Notes: generated by a model not told the origin, from the letters alone. Counted from the stretch's first letter, positions 43,890 to 53,690 are shown. The stretch is DNA of 64,000 bases from an uncultured bacterium (GCA_963713855.1 OY970209.1:96001-160000); one strand, 5' to 3'. Numbers and translations: made by a program.

Positions 43890-44617
43890 CTTGTTTAATT
43901 TCTTTTTTTCTTAAAGTGGAATATCTAAAACAGGTCTTTCTGTCAAAATACGGATGTATCGTTTCAAATTGTAGATGTGCAAGGGCCGCTTTTATAAGAG
44001 GCGGAGTTTGCACGCCGTTGATATACTTTTCCAGATCGCTCATAAGCTCAGCAATTCGCGCTGGCGGAGGTAGAATAAGCCTACCAACACGTACCGCTCG
44101 CTTTCTATAGAAGCCGGGATCAGCTTCATCCTCGATGCCACCAAGAAGTGCCCTGTGCGCGTCCAATATGACTTGTGAATTGATGGATATATGTTCTTGT
44201 TGGATGCTATTAAGAGCACTCGTAAGAGCAGAAATATAATTCATAACAACTGACTACCTTTATCAGGCGTCGTAGATGATAGTCGCTACAAATATCAGAT
44301 ATAGTAGCGTAGATCTTTTCGATAGCAGACGAAAATACTGCTTCTTTAATAACGAATGCTTGTGCAAAATGATCTACGTTAGGCAAACGCTTTACCAGTT
44401 CATCAAGCCTTGTTACGCATATCAGAGCTTCATCATGAAGCGGCGATGGCTTAAAATCGAGCTCATCATAGGAAGGAAGATCGTATGGCACAAAGTGCTT
44501 TATCTCATTAATCACTTCATAAAAACCAGCCGTAGTACCTTGGCCCTCACCCTTACATAAAATAAGCAAACTTAAGACAACAAGCATCGTTCTTGTAATC
44601 ACAGCATATACTTTCAA
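43870..44617 (-). pseudogene. Fic-family (Fic_N plus Fic) protein, frameshifted and truncated
   Basis: KEAVFSSAIE, PG.YR and AHLQFETIHPYFD, after which GNGR is lost; two frames. Confidence 0.8.
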
Positions 44618-44712
44618 TAACGTCTAAAATACCTTAGCGAAATCTCGATGACGTTGTAAAGATGGTGGTAGTAAAGGAAAGAATCAATAACATTTATTAA
44701 TCAAAAAAAAGC

Positions 44713-45501
44713 TCACATTAGACACCGATAAAGAAAAGCGCTATAAAGTATCGCAAGACCCACGAGTGCTGTTGAACAAACGTACTCCTTAAGCACCTTA
44801 TTGCTAATCTCATCCATCTCTTCAGTTAACTTTCTTAGACTCGTCGCTTTCTCAAGAAAAAATAGAGCATCTAACTCTTTTGAATTCGCTTTTTTTAAGT
44901 ACTCTTCAGCAATTTGATATTTCTCTTTCAGAAGATAGAGCGCGCCAAGTTCTACGTATATCCTCGGATAAATGCGAGGATCAGCATTTGAGTTTCTCAT
45001 TGATTTTAGGAGATATTCCTCAGCAATATCTAATTCTTGGCGCTTTAAATGTTTAACCCCGATAAACCCTTGTGCGTAACTGTCACCTTGATCAGCTGCC
45101 AATTTAAAATAGTAGTATGCCAATTCATCATTTTTCTCTTCGCTATAAAGGGAGGCCACAAATCCTTGAGCTTTTAAATGTCCCCGATCAGCAGCTAATT
45201 TTGCATAGTGCTTACATTGTTCAGTTTGACCATTTTTATAATATAGACCTGCGAGTAAATATTGAGCATGTGAAACCCCAAAAACATCCGCCACATGTTT
45301 AAGGACTTCTTCATTGCCCTGGTCATAAAAGTACCCTAGTTTTGATTTTATCTCATCGTCAACAGCGCCTCTCAAGACCTTAATTTCTTCAAAGAGTTGT
45401 GACAGCTCTTTTTCAGCATCTGACACTTTTGAATGTCCAAAGACGTTTGAGCTGATTAACGAAAACAGACATATCACTTTTAAGGTATTTTTGCCGCTCA
45501 T
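44713..45501 (-). CDS. Sel1/TPR-repeat protein, signal peptide and C-terminal TM
   Basis: AQY.LA.LY...KLAADRG..KAQ and KLAADQGDSYAQ repeats. Confidence 0.8.
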   Translation of the reverse strand: MSGKNTLKVICLFSLISSNVFGHSKVSDAEKELSQLFEEIKVLRGAVDDEIKSKLGYFYDQGNEEVLKHVADVFGVSHAQYLLAGLYYKNGQTEQCKHYAKLAADRGHLKAQGFVASLYSEEKNDELAYYYFKLAADQGDSYAQGFIGVKHLKRQELDIAEEYLLKSMRNSNADPRIYPRIYVELGALYLLKEKYQIAEEYLKKANSKELDALFFLEKATSLRKLTEEMDEISNKVLKEYVCSTALVGLAILYSAFLYRCLM

Positions 45502-45550
45502 ACTATTTCTCAATTCCACCATTTTCAATTTATGAAGCTGCTTAAGCATC

Positions 45551-46003
45551 TTAAGATAGATCATCCCGTTCTATTTTAATAACGCCATTTTGATCAATGG
45601 TAAGAACATCTAGCTCCGAGTCGCCATCAATGTCTCCAGCAGCAGCTATTTTAAATCTGTCCTTATTCACACTTGCTCCTTTAAGAGCACTTGATGAAGC
45701 TTTTGAAGATCCAATAACATTATTAATTCCCCCTTTTCCGCTAAACCCATACGTATAGAGGGGTTGACCTTCTGTTTTCCAGCCGAGGCTTTCGGGACCT
45801 GTAAGGCGATCGGTGTAACGACCATGTTCTGCGAAATAAGCTTTTTGAGCTATGTATAAAGCCCTTAAATGAGTATACGCCTCAGTTCTTTTAGCTTTTG
45901 CAAAAAAACGTGTAAAACTGGGCAATGCGATTATGGATAAAAAAGCAATGATTGCTATGACCACCATGAGCTCAAGTAAGGTAAATCCATTTTTTGGGCT
46001 CAT
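45551..46003 (-). CDS. Type IV pilin
   Basis: Class III signal G|FTLLELMVVIAII; AGDIDGDSELD. Confidence 0.9.
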   Translation of the reverse strand: MSPKNGFTLLELMVVIAIIAFLSIIALPSFTRFFAKAKRTEAYTHLRALYIAQKAYFAEHGRYTDRLTGPESLGWKTEGQPLYTYGFSGKGGINNVIGSSKASSSALKGASVNKDRFKIAAAGDIDGDSELDVLTIDQNGVIKIERDDLS

Positions 46004-46287
46004 AATATCCTTTTTAGGTCAACTTTTACGGAATTCGGGCACCGAATAAGCCCGGTTTTAAGATGTAAAGTTTAATAACTATAAAAAAAGCTAACGAATT
46101 GTAAAGGGGCAACGCGCTTAAGATGGGCGGTTATTAACATTTATATTTATTTGAAAATTTAAAATTCGGTCCATAATTAAACTATTTTTTCTTTGACATT
46201 TTAATAAATAACGATAGATTATTCAAAAATACCTTTTTTACCTTCGGGTAAAAATACTATTAAGAGCAGCCCAAATGGAGATACAGT

Positions 46288-47712
46288 ATGATGGATACGA
46301 TTAAGCAATCCGTACCTAAAGGAGTGTTAGGAGCAAACAAGCAGCGCACGTATTCAGAGATTAATGATTTTTTGGATAAGCGCTGGAATGTACCGCAGGA
46401 CAAGCATTGCCTTGAGCGCATGAAAGCTTTAGATGCTGCGCTTGGGCTTCCTTCGCAAAAAATACCTACCATTCTTGTTGCTGGAACCAATGGTAAAAGT
46501 TTGACCATTCAGTTCACCACTCAGCTTCTAAAAACTGAAGGGTTGAAAGTTGGTTCATTTTATGCACCGCATGTATTGACCTACAACGAGCGTTTTAGCA
46601 TTAACAATGAGACTATTTCTAATAAAAGCTTTACCGAAATAGCGAATGAGGTTCTTAATGCCGCTGAGGGCCTTGAGCTCAAAGCTGGTGCTCAAGAACT
46701 TTTAACGATGATAGCTCTTTGTTATTTTGTGCAGCAGAAGGTTGAGGCGGCCGTTCTTGAGGTTGACAAGCTTACAAGCTTTAACCCTGCGGCAATTTGT
46801 ACGCCAAAAATTGTTACAATTACACGTATCACACCAACAAATACCAGTATTGATGATGCAAAGCTTGAAGAAATAACGCGTGAAATTATGAGCCTTGTTA
46901 AAAAAGGTACTCATGTCATCGCTGGTGATCAGAGCAAAAACCATCTACACATCATGCAGGAATCGACGGAAAAGCTCCATGCTCATTGGGCTATGCCGAT
47001 ACGTAAACTTGCTGCACTCATTTATCCATTTGAGCAATTGCACGGCCGCTGTGCTGCTTTAGCTGAGCGAACTGCTCAGATCTTTGTTGAAAAAATACTT
47101 GCCCGTAATGCCACCCTTGTTATGGACAGCCTTCTTACCAAGCAAAAGGGCCAGCGCGGAAGGCCAACAATCGAGGAAAAGCGTCGCGCAGAACTGTACC
47201 CTAAAAAGACTATCGATCAATTCTGGAAAGAGACAACTAATGAGTTGCCCTGCCGTTTCCAGCTTCTTGATAAAGAAAAACCAAGTATACTTCTTGATAA
47301 TGCGAGAAACCTAGACGCATTCAAAAATCTTCTTCTTGGTATTCGCTTGCTTCATTACCAAAGACCGCTTAAAGGCTTGAGCATCGTTGTTGCTGCTGCG
47401 CACAATACGCTGCACAACGAAGAGTTTCTCAAACTCCTTCGCTATTTCTTCAAAAAGACTTCAGGTCAACTTTTCATTTGCCCTATTGAGGATGCTCTAC
47501 CTGGACTTCAAGAAGAGACCACTTGGAATGTTGAGCAAGTGACCAATGATGTTAAAAGCATGAAGATTAAAGCTCGAGCATGTAAGAATTTTGAAGAAGC
47601 GCTCGATCTTGCTAAAAAGTCTGTTGATGAGCGTAGTGGATTGGTTGTTGTTACCGGTTCACAATCGATTATCTACCAGTACTGGAAGCAAAAAGGCATC
47701 AAAAAGCTATAA
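46288..47712 (+). CDS. Divergent FolC/Mur-ligase-like protein
   Basis: VAGTNGK, PHV..YNERF, VLEV, PCRFQ, LLDNARN, VVTGS; several catalytic motifs altered. Confidence 0.75.
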   Translation: MMDTIKQSVPKGVLGANKQRTYSEINDFLDKRWNVPQDKHCLERMKALDAALGLPSQKIPTILVAGTNGKSLTIQFTTQLLKTEGLKVGSFYAPHVLTYNERFSINNETISNKSFTEIANEVLNAAEGLELKAGAQELLTMIALCYFVQQKVEAAVLEVDKLTSFNPAAICTPKIVTITRITPTNTSIDDAKLEEITREIMSLVKKGTHVIAGDQSKNHLHIMQESTEKLHAHWAMPIRKLAALIYPFEQLHGRCAALAERTAQIFVEKILARNATLVMDSLLTKQKGQRGRPTIEEKRRAELYPKKTIDQFWKETTNELPCRFQLLDKEKPSILLDNARNLDAFKNLLLGIRLLHYQRPLKGLSIVVAAAHNTLHNEEFLKLLRYFFKKTSGQLFICPIEDALPGLQEETTWNVEQVTNDVKSMKIKARACKNFEEALDLAKKSVDERSGLVVVTGSQSIIYQYWKQKGIKKL

Positions 47713-47719
47713 CCCCTTC

Positions 47720-47752
47720 GAGGCAGGGTTATGCACCCTGCCTCTTTTTTTT
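47720..47752 (+). terminator. Intrinsic terminator
   Basis: 10-bp stem GAGGCAGGGT/ACCCTGCCTC plus T8. Confidence 0.85.
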
Positions 47753-47754
47753 GC

Positions 47755-47910
47755 CCTTTTTTGCACGAAGTGCTTGCATGTAACGTAAGACACGTGTCGT
47801 GTCTTACGTTTATTTACGGGCAACGCCCGACTGGCTTGAGGTGCAGGAGGCACATAAGCGCGGGACCCTCGCTTTATGTTCCCGCCGCTGAACGCGTAGT
47901 TCGCTTTTTT
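47755..47910 (+). repeat. Structured element B
   Basis: Homologous to 58339-58470 (minus strand) with compensatory stem changes. Confidence 0.85.
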
Positions 47911-48009
47911 TGTAGTTTGCTTTTTTTAAAGCCACTATTTTAACAGTTGCATGCTTACGACCTTCCTCTTATACTGTTAAAAAGGCCTTTACCAAAGGAC
48001 ATAACTACT

Positions 48010-48744
48010 GTGCAATCGATGGAACTTTTTGAGCAACATACCTGGCGACCCTTTGAGGCTATGGGTTTTACGCATTCTTTTTGGTCTCTCAACAGAGAAA
48101 CGATCCTTTACACATGGGTTGTCTTAGGCATACTTACAGTATTTGCCCTTTTTGTGCGCTATTTTATACGCAGGCCTGATACGATTCCTGGAACTATTGC
48201 GGAGACGTATGTACGTTCGTTCATGCAAATGATTACGCAGACGCTTGAGTATTTTGAGTATCGTTACTGTGCTTTTATCGGATCACTTTTTACGTTCATT
48301 TTCGTATGTAACGTGCTCATTCTTTTTCCCTACATGGAAGAGCCGACCAAGGATATTAACACGACGCTGGCACTTGCGATTATTTCATTTTTATACGTAC
48401 AGAAAGAGTCTATTCGTGCTCATGGTATTGGTGGCTATATTAAGGAATTTTTTAAGCCCTTTTTCATTTTTTTCCCACTAGAAGTACTTGGGCGGCTAGC
48501 GACTGTTGTATCACTTTCATTTCGCCTTTTTGGAAACATTTTTGGCGGCTCCATTATTAGCACCATGTGGAATTACGCTATATCAGGCTCGATTTTAGCT
48601 CAGATTGCTGGTACTTTGCTTGGTATAAACATTGTAATCATGCTTTTTTTTGGTATTTTTGAAGGCTTTATCCAGGCCTTTGTATTTTCTATTTTAAGCT
48701 TAACGTACCTTTCTATGGCAGTTTCTGAGGAGCAACATGAATGA
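48010..48744 (+). CDS. atpB: F0F1 ATP synthase subunit a
   Basis: PTKDINTT, SLSFRLFGN (essential Arg), IQAFVF..L...Y; start GTG 48010 or ATG 48019. Confidence 0.93.
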   Translation: MQSMELFEQHTWRPFEAMGFTHSFWSLNRETILYTWVVLGILTVFALFVRYFIRRPDTIPGTIAETYVRSFMQMITQTLEYFEYRYCAFIGSLFTFIFVCNVLILFPYMEEPTKDINTTLALAIISFLYVQKESIRAHGIGGYIKEFFKPFFIFFPLEVLGRLATVVSLSFRLFGNIFGGSIISTMWNYAISGSILAQIAGTLLGINIVIMLFFGIFEGFIQAFVFSILSLTYLSMAVSEEQHE

Positions 48745-49675
48745 CCTAGCCCACTCATTCACAGTCGCGTCATTGGTTGTTCTGCCTGCCTTAGGTGTAG
48801 GCATTGGCCAAGGTCGCGTGAACAAGGCTGCTGTTGAAGCGATTAACGAGCAGCCTGCTGTTGAAAGCGCTATTAGGCGATTAGCACTTATTTCACTCAC
48901 CTTAAGTGAAACGGCTGTACTTTTAGGCGTCGTTATGGCGAGTCTGATTCTTCGTGGCCCTGTTTTAAAAGCACCGCTTAATCTTTCTTACATCGGAATC
49001 ATCTTTGGCTGCGCTATTCCTGGCTTTATGGTCGGTCTTGTATCTGCGGGTCCTGGTATTGCTGCTCTAAAAGCTGCAGCGCGTCAGCCGCTTTTCATTG
49101 CCAAAATTACTCAACTTTTACTGATTAGCCAGGCCGTTATTCAAACTTCGACCATTTTTGGCTTTATTATAGCGCTCGTTTTACGAAGCCAGGCTTCGAC
49201 AGGAAACTCATCTGATGGCATACGCCTATGTATGAGTGGGGTATGCTTTGGTATTGCGGTTATCGGACCACTTTTGGGCCTAGGCTTTTTTACGAAAGCG
49301 GTGTGCACTGTTGCAGGCCTTAACAGAGCTATTTACCCGCGCCTTAGAACCTTTGCTTTTATAAGCCAAGCGCTTATAGAAGCACCGGTCGTTTTTTCGC
49401 TTATCATCGCACTTGTTTTAGCTATAAGCGGATCTAAAAGCCCCTCTATTGCAAGAAACGCAGCTTTTATAGCGGCAGCATTTATTATGGGACTTACAAC
49501 GCTTGCAACAGGCCTTAATTCAAGCCGCACTGCAACAACCACCGCCAAACTTCTTTCTAAATACCCTGATCAGTACCCTACCCTATCGAAAATGAGCATG
49601 GTCACCCAAACCTTCATCGACACTTCAGCAATTTACGGGCTTCTTGATTGCCTTATCATACTCTGGGCAAGCTAA
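48737..49675 (+). CDS. atpE: ATP synthase subunit c, four fused hairpins
   Basis: Directly after atpB; GVGIGQG, EQP and RQP loops; four ~75-aa c repeats. Confidence 0.85.
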   Translation: MNDLAHSFTVASLVVLPALGVGIGQGRVNKAAVEAINEQPAVESAIRRLALISLTLSETAVLLGVVMASLILRGPVLKAPLNLSYIGIIFGCAIPGFMVGLVSAGPGIAALKAAARQPLFIAKITQLLLISQAVIQTSTIFGFIIALVLRSQASTGNSSDGIRLCMSGVCFGIAVIGPLLGLGFFTKAVCTVAGLNRAIYPRLRTFAFISQALIEAPVVFSLIIALVLAISGSKSPSIARNAAFIAAAFIMGLTTLATGLNSSRTATTTAKLLSKYPDQYPTLSKMSMVTQTFIDTSAIYGLLDCLIILWAS

Positions 49676-49753
49676 AAATCGGACATTAATCATTGATTTT
49701 TATCTATAATTTATTCTAATATAAAATTATAAGTTTTATTAAACGGAGAATGT

Positions 49754-49975
49754 ATGAAAAAGCACGTACTATGCTTGACGCTCTTTCTTTTCATGTCTTC
49801 TGGAGTGCAAGCACTTCATGAGGCATCTTACACTAAATCAAACTCATGGGCCACGGCCATTGAAAAATTACTGTCTCCACTCTTTCAAGAATTAATGCCC
49901 GCAGATGAAGTTACAAGTTGGATCTCATGGGCTAGCGGATTAGTCAAAAAAGTCGCATCAACAATAAGCGAATAA
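49754..49975 (+). CDS. Small secreted protein
   Basis: SD GGAG; signal peptide ending VQA. Confidence 0.6.
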   Translation: MKKHVLCLTLFLFMSSGVQALHEASYTKSNSWATAIEKLLSPLFQELMPADEVTSWISWASGLVKKVASTISE

Positions 49976-50067
49976 AAGCTGCCCTTTGTTATTTTTAAAA
50001 AACGGTAAATCACACCAAATTGAACTGTCACCTAAATATTCCCAAGCAGATGTGCCAAAGCAAAATT

Positions 50068-51348
50068 TTAACTATTAATCAACTGAGCATTCTCTCCCGT
50101 GCGCCGATTGTGCAGGTATCTCTTGAGAATGAACCCGGAAACCACTGCCGCAGCAACAAAAACAACGGCAGCACCGGCTCCCACACTAACACCTATAACA
50201 CAATCCATATTACAACTCTTGTTACTGTTATTTCCATTATTGCTCTTGCCACAGCCGAATACAGTGACATCATTTGAATTCTCATTAGCAGTAGCAATAT
50301 ATAAGCTGCCTGGTGAAAAGGCGATTGAATTCGCGCCGCTCGACTCAGATGGTAAATTAGTCACTTCACTTTTGCTCAATCTACCTTCATTGTCTACGTC
50401 AAACAGTGCTATTGCGCTAGAAGAACCACCAATAACAATAGCCAGGTACATACCATTTGGTGAAAATGCCGCAGCAGTGAAATAGCCGTAAAAGGAAGGT
50501 AATGCGTATGAGGTGCCCTTACTCAGGGAGCCATCTGGCTCCACACTAAATATGGTTACGTCAGCTGAAAGAATATTAGCAGTAACAAGATACGAGCCGT
50601 TGGGTGAAAAAGATACGGAATTGGGAGTTTTAGAGCCGGAGGGTAATGCATATGATTTTCCTGTGCTCAGTTTGCCGTCTGGGCCGACACCAAAAATCGT
50701 CACATCGCGCGAATTCTGATTAGCGATAGCTAAAAGGGCACTATTTGGTGAAAATGCTATCGACGTAGGAGTAGCTGTCCCCGATGGTAATGCATATGAT
50801 ATTCCACCCGTTAGAATACCGCCAATTCCTACAGTAAACACGCTAATATTAGTTGAACCGATATTAGCAGTAGCAAGATATGAGCCATTGGGCGAAAATG
50901 CTAGGGCAATAGGTTGATAAGAACCAGAAGGCAGCGAATACGAAGCAGCAACTTTCGAGACACTCCCATCTCCTACAATATTAAACACTGTTACATCATT
51001 TGATTCACTATTGGCAGTAGCGAAATACCGGCTATCGGGCGCAAATGCTGCTGCACAAGGATTTTTAGAGCCCGACGGTAAAGGAAGCGAAATAGGTGTA
51101 CTTAGCACTCCAGACTCTTCGACGTTAAACACTGTTACATTATTTGAAACAGGAGGTGGAAAACTTCCTTTGTAAATAGTTGCTGTAACAAGGTATGAGC
51201 CATCGGGTGAATATACTACTGATGAAGGTGCTGAAGACCCGACTGGTAACGCATAGGAAGTGCCGCCATTATTTAGGGAGCAATCAGCATTGAGTCTTCC
51301 GTTTGTTGCCATTACTAGTAGCGTAGCAAGTAAAGTTGTGTTGTTCAT
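50068..51348 (-). CDS. 7-bladed beta-propeller (lactonase-like repeats) surface protein with C-terminal TM anchor
   Basis: Signal peptide, seven ~46-aa SYALPSGS..P..AFSP.G.YLATAN repeats, Asn-rich linker, TM helix, basic tail. Confidence 0.85.
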   Translation of the reverse strand: MNNTTLLATLLVMATNGRLNADCSLNNGGTSYALPVGSSAPSSVVYSPDGSYLVTATIYKGSFPPPVSNNVTVFNVEESGVLSTPISLPLPSGSKNPCAAAFAPDSRYFATANSESNDVTVFNIVGDGSVSKVAASYSLPSGSYQPIALAFSPNGSYLATANIGSTNISVFTVGIGGILTGGISYALPSGTATPTSIAFSPNSALLAIANQNSRDVTIFGVGPDGKLSTGKSYALPSGSKTPNSVSFSPNGSYLVTANILSADVTIFSVEPDGSLSKGTSYALPSFYGYFTAAAFSPNGMYLAIVIGGSSSAIALFDVDNEGRLSKSEVTNLPSESSGANSIAFSPGSLYIATANENSNDVTVFGCGKSNNGNNSNKSCNMDCVIGVSVGAGAAVVFVAAAVVSGFILKRYLHNRRTGENAQLINS

Positions 51349-51976
51349 CCTGTTCTTTCCCAGTAGATTACTTGACAGTTTTCACGGCACTATATAAGCA
51401 CTGTTGACTCTAATGGGGTAAAATTTTAATGTCAACAATCGCATACATCTAGATTGGGTATCACAAGAAAAAGAAATATGCCGCTATGGGTGAAGAATCT
51501 TCAGCTATGAAGCAAGTACCTGATAGCTAATGAAAGTAATTAGCCTTTAGACGCCGAACTCATACGCACATGACCTAAAATTTGATGAATGATTTTTCTG
51601 GCAATGTTTCAAATATAGTTCCTGCCTGTGCACCATATAACCCTTGATGAGCCCCAGCTATCGTTTGACCCAGGTAGTTAGCTCGTTGGTGGGTAGTCGA
51701 TGAGCGTGTTTTGAATGAACTTGAGGCTATGAAGGTGCAAAACATCTTCTAAGACCGTTTACTTAACGCTATTGTTTTTAGAAAGTTTAGCGAGATTTTG
51801 AATTTGTTAAAGGAGAAAACTAGTATAGAAAATATAAGCAGTCTGAAGTATTCCATTACTATTACAAAATTACAATGCTGAAATTTTAACCACTTTCACT
51901 ATTTTAGTACCAAATAAATAGTCGAAACATAAGTTCGAATAAAATGCGCGCACGCCTTGCGGCTCAGAATAAGCGA

Positions 51977-52699
51977 CTATGTCATACTGCGATCTTTCAA
52001 CACATAGAGTTTATGAACATCAATATATTTGATTACCTTGGAGTCAACAAACTCATAAACACTTAAACCGCGCGATATCATCGAGCGAACGGCTGAAGAG
52101 CTTATGGTGTTTTCAAAAGGCGAAGGTACGACAAACAAAGCATTTTGGTGCTTTTTTAATATTTCGTTATTGTTAATAAGCGCAGTAAGAGGAATACCAA
52201 AGCGAGGTATTACGAGTATCCCATGGTTATCATCCATCAGCGTTTCTTGATCCTCTAATGACCATAGCCCTGGGGTATTAAACGAGCTTAAAAGATCAGC
52301 CCCGCATACGAGAAAAACTCGGACGTCTCGTTTGTAACAGTCATTTAAACCTTTGCGTAAGTGCTCAATAACTGAAACTGTGGTCTGATACTTTTCTTGC
52401 TCAGCTTCCCAAGTATCAAGCGCTATCCAAGAAGAACGTTCTAGTGCTAATTGCGCCATAGCGATTCTATCAGCAGATGGAGCAAGCCCTTCTTTTTTGT
52501 AGGCGTCTGATACTGGAGATATAAAGCCACCTACAACGTATATATCGGGACGCACGCGACTCAAATGATTTTTACCACTTTCAAGCATTTCGAGGTGAAA
52601 AAGGGTAATGGGCGAAAAAGAGCCACAAGCTATAAGAACGGCGGGTTTTCGCGCATCCCATTCTAAGATTGGCGCCAATTTTGAGCAATCAATGGACAT
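51977..52699 (-). CDS. Nicotinamide/nicotinate mononucleotide adenylyltransferase, eukaryotic NMNAT type
   Basis: ACGSFSPITLFH, SPVSDAYKKEGL, DTWE, CGADLL.SF..P.LW, ISSS.VR, YI..HKLY. Confidence 0.9.
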   Translation of the reverse strand: MSIDCSKLAPILEWDARKPAVLIACGSFSPITLFHLEMLESGKNHLSRVRPDIYVVGGFISPVSDAYKKEGLAPSADRIAMAQLALERSSWIALDTWEAEQEKYQTTVSVIEHLRKGLNDCYKRDVRVFLVCGADLLSSFNTPGLWSLEDQETLMDDNHGILVIPRFGIPLTALINNNEILKKHQNALFVVPSPFENTISSSAVRSMISRGLSVYEFVDSKVIKYIDVHKLYVLKDRSMT

Positions 52700-52721
52700 A
52701 GTCTTTATAAATCTTTAGCTT

Positions 52722-53627
52722 TTAATAACCATATACCGACTTGCGATCAGCATCATTCATAAAGGTGACGTGCTTTTTAGCTTGTTCTAGAAGATCTGCT
52801 TCGTACTCAGAAAGCGCAACCTTAAAGCGTTCAGCACGAATAGTTGCTTCGATTTTTTTATAACGCTTTTCATCAGTCTCTTTATGACCTGTTTTTAAAG
52901 GTATTAAACGATCTTCGGTTTTTTCTTTAAGTTTAGTGACTTCAAAGCCACCAGCTGCGGGCTCGATAAAAACGATGTTACCGATGGCCTCATTTTTTAT
53001 AAACCCTTTATCTTTAGGCAAATCTCGAGCTTTAATCACAAACGGCTCACTCCACGCAATCGCTGATTTAAGCGTTTTATTTTTGATCGCGCTTTCAAAT
53101 TCAGTAGCGGGTAGCGTACTTGGCACAAAAGCGTTCAAGAGCGTAAACGTGGCTTCCTCGCGGTCTCCGTGCTTATCCCAATAAGCATCAACATCGCCCT
53201 CTTTTAGCGTTGGCATTTTATTTCTTAAGCGATAAGATTGTGCCTGCTCGATTTCTTGTTGACGCTTTAGCTGCTCTTTTCCTTCCTTGACGGTGTATCC
53301 GACAGCTTTAAAAATAGCCTCAATTTGCTCAAAACCACAATTATTTATCTTTTGCAGTTCTTTAAGAAATTTATCAACCTCTTCATCAGTCACCTTGATT
53401 GCAAGCGTGCGTGCATCAAAAGCCTTGAGCTGCTCAAGAACCATGTCGCGCAAAGTACGTTGTTCACCATTAAGGTTGGGGCGAATATCAAGGGTGGTAA
53501 TAATAACCTTTTCTTGCTGAGGACCAAAAATGATAGCTCGCGTCTGATTGAAAATGATATCTTCGCCAAATGCGCTGACTGACCACAACAATAAGCAGCC
53601 TAAAAACAGTAAAACTTTTGTGTGCAT
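52722..53627 (-). CDS. SurA-like periplasmic chaperone
   Basis: Signal peptide; SurA N-domain pattern VTDEEVD; degenerate parvulin region. Confidence 0.6.
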   Translation of the reverse strand: MHTKVLLFLGCLLLWSVSAFGEDIIFNQTRAIIFGPQQEKVIITTLDIRPNLNGEQRTLRDMVLEQLKAFDARTLAIKVTDEEVDKFLKELQKINNCGFEQIEAIFKAVGYTVKEGKEQLKRQQEIEQAQSYRLRNKMPTLKEGDVDAYWDKHGDREEATFTLLNAFVPSTLPATEFESAIKNKTLKSAIAWSEPFVIKARDLPKDKGFIKNEAIGNIVFIEPAAGGFEVTKLKEKTEDRLIPLKTGHKETDEKRYKKIEATIRAERFKVALSEYEADLLEQAKKHVTFMNDADRKSVYGY

Positions 53628-53690
53628 AAAAGGTCCCCCTCGAAAGCCAGCGAGTAAAAGAGTGATCCTTTACTCGCTAGACTAATTTGT

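Noticed and set aside
51350..51976. Long intergenic region as ncRNA or gene remnant
   Set aside because: No convincing structure, family motif or ORF found by eye.
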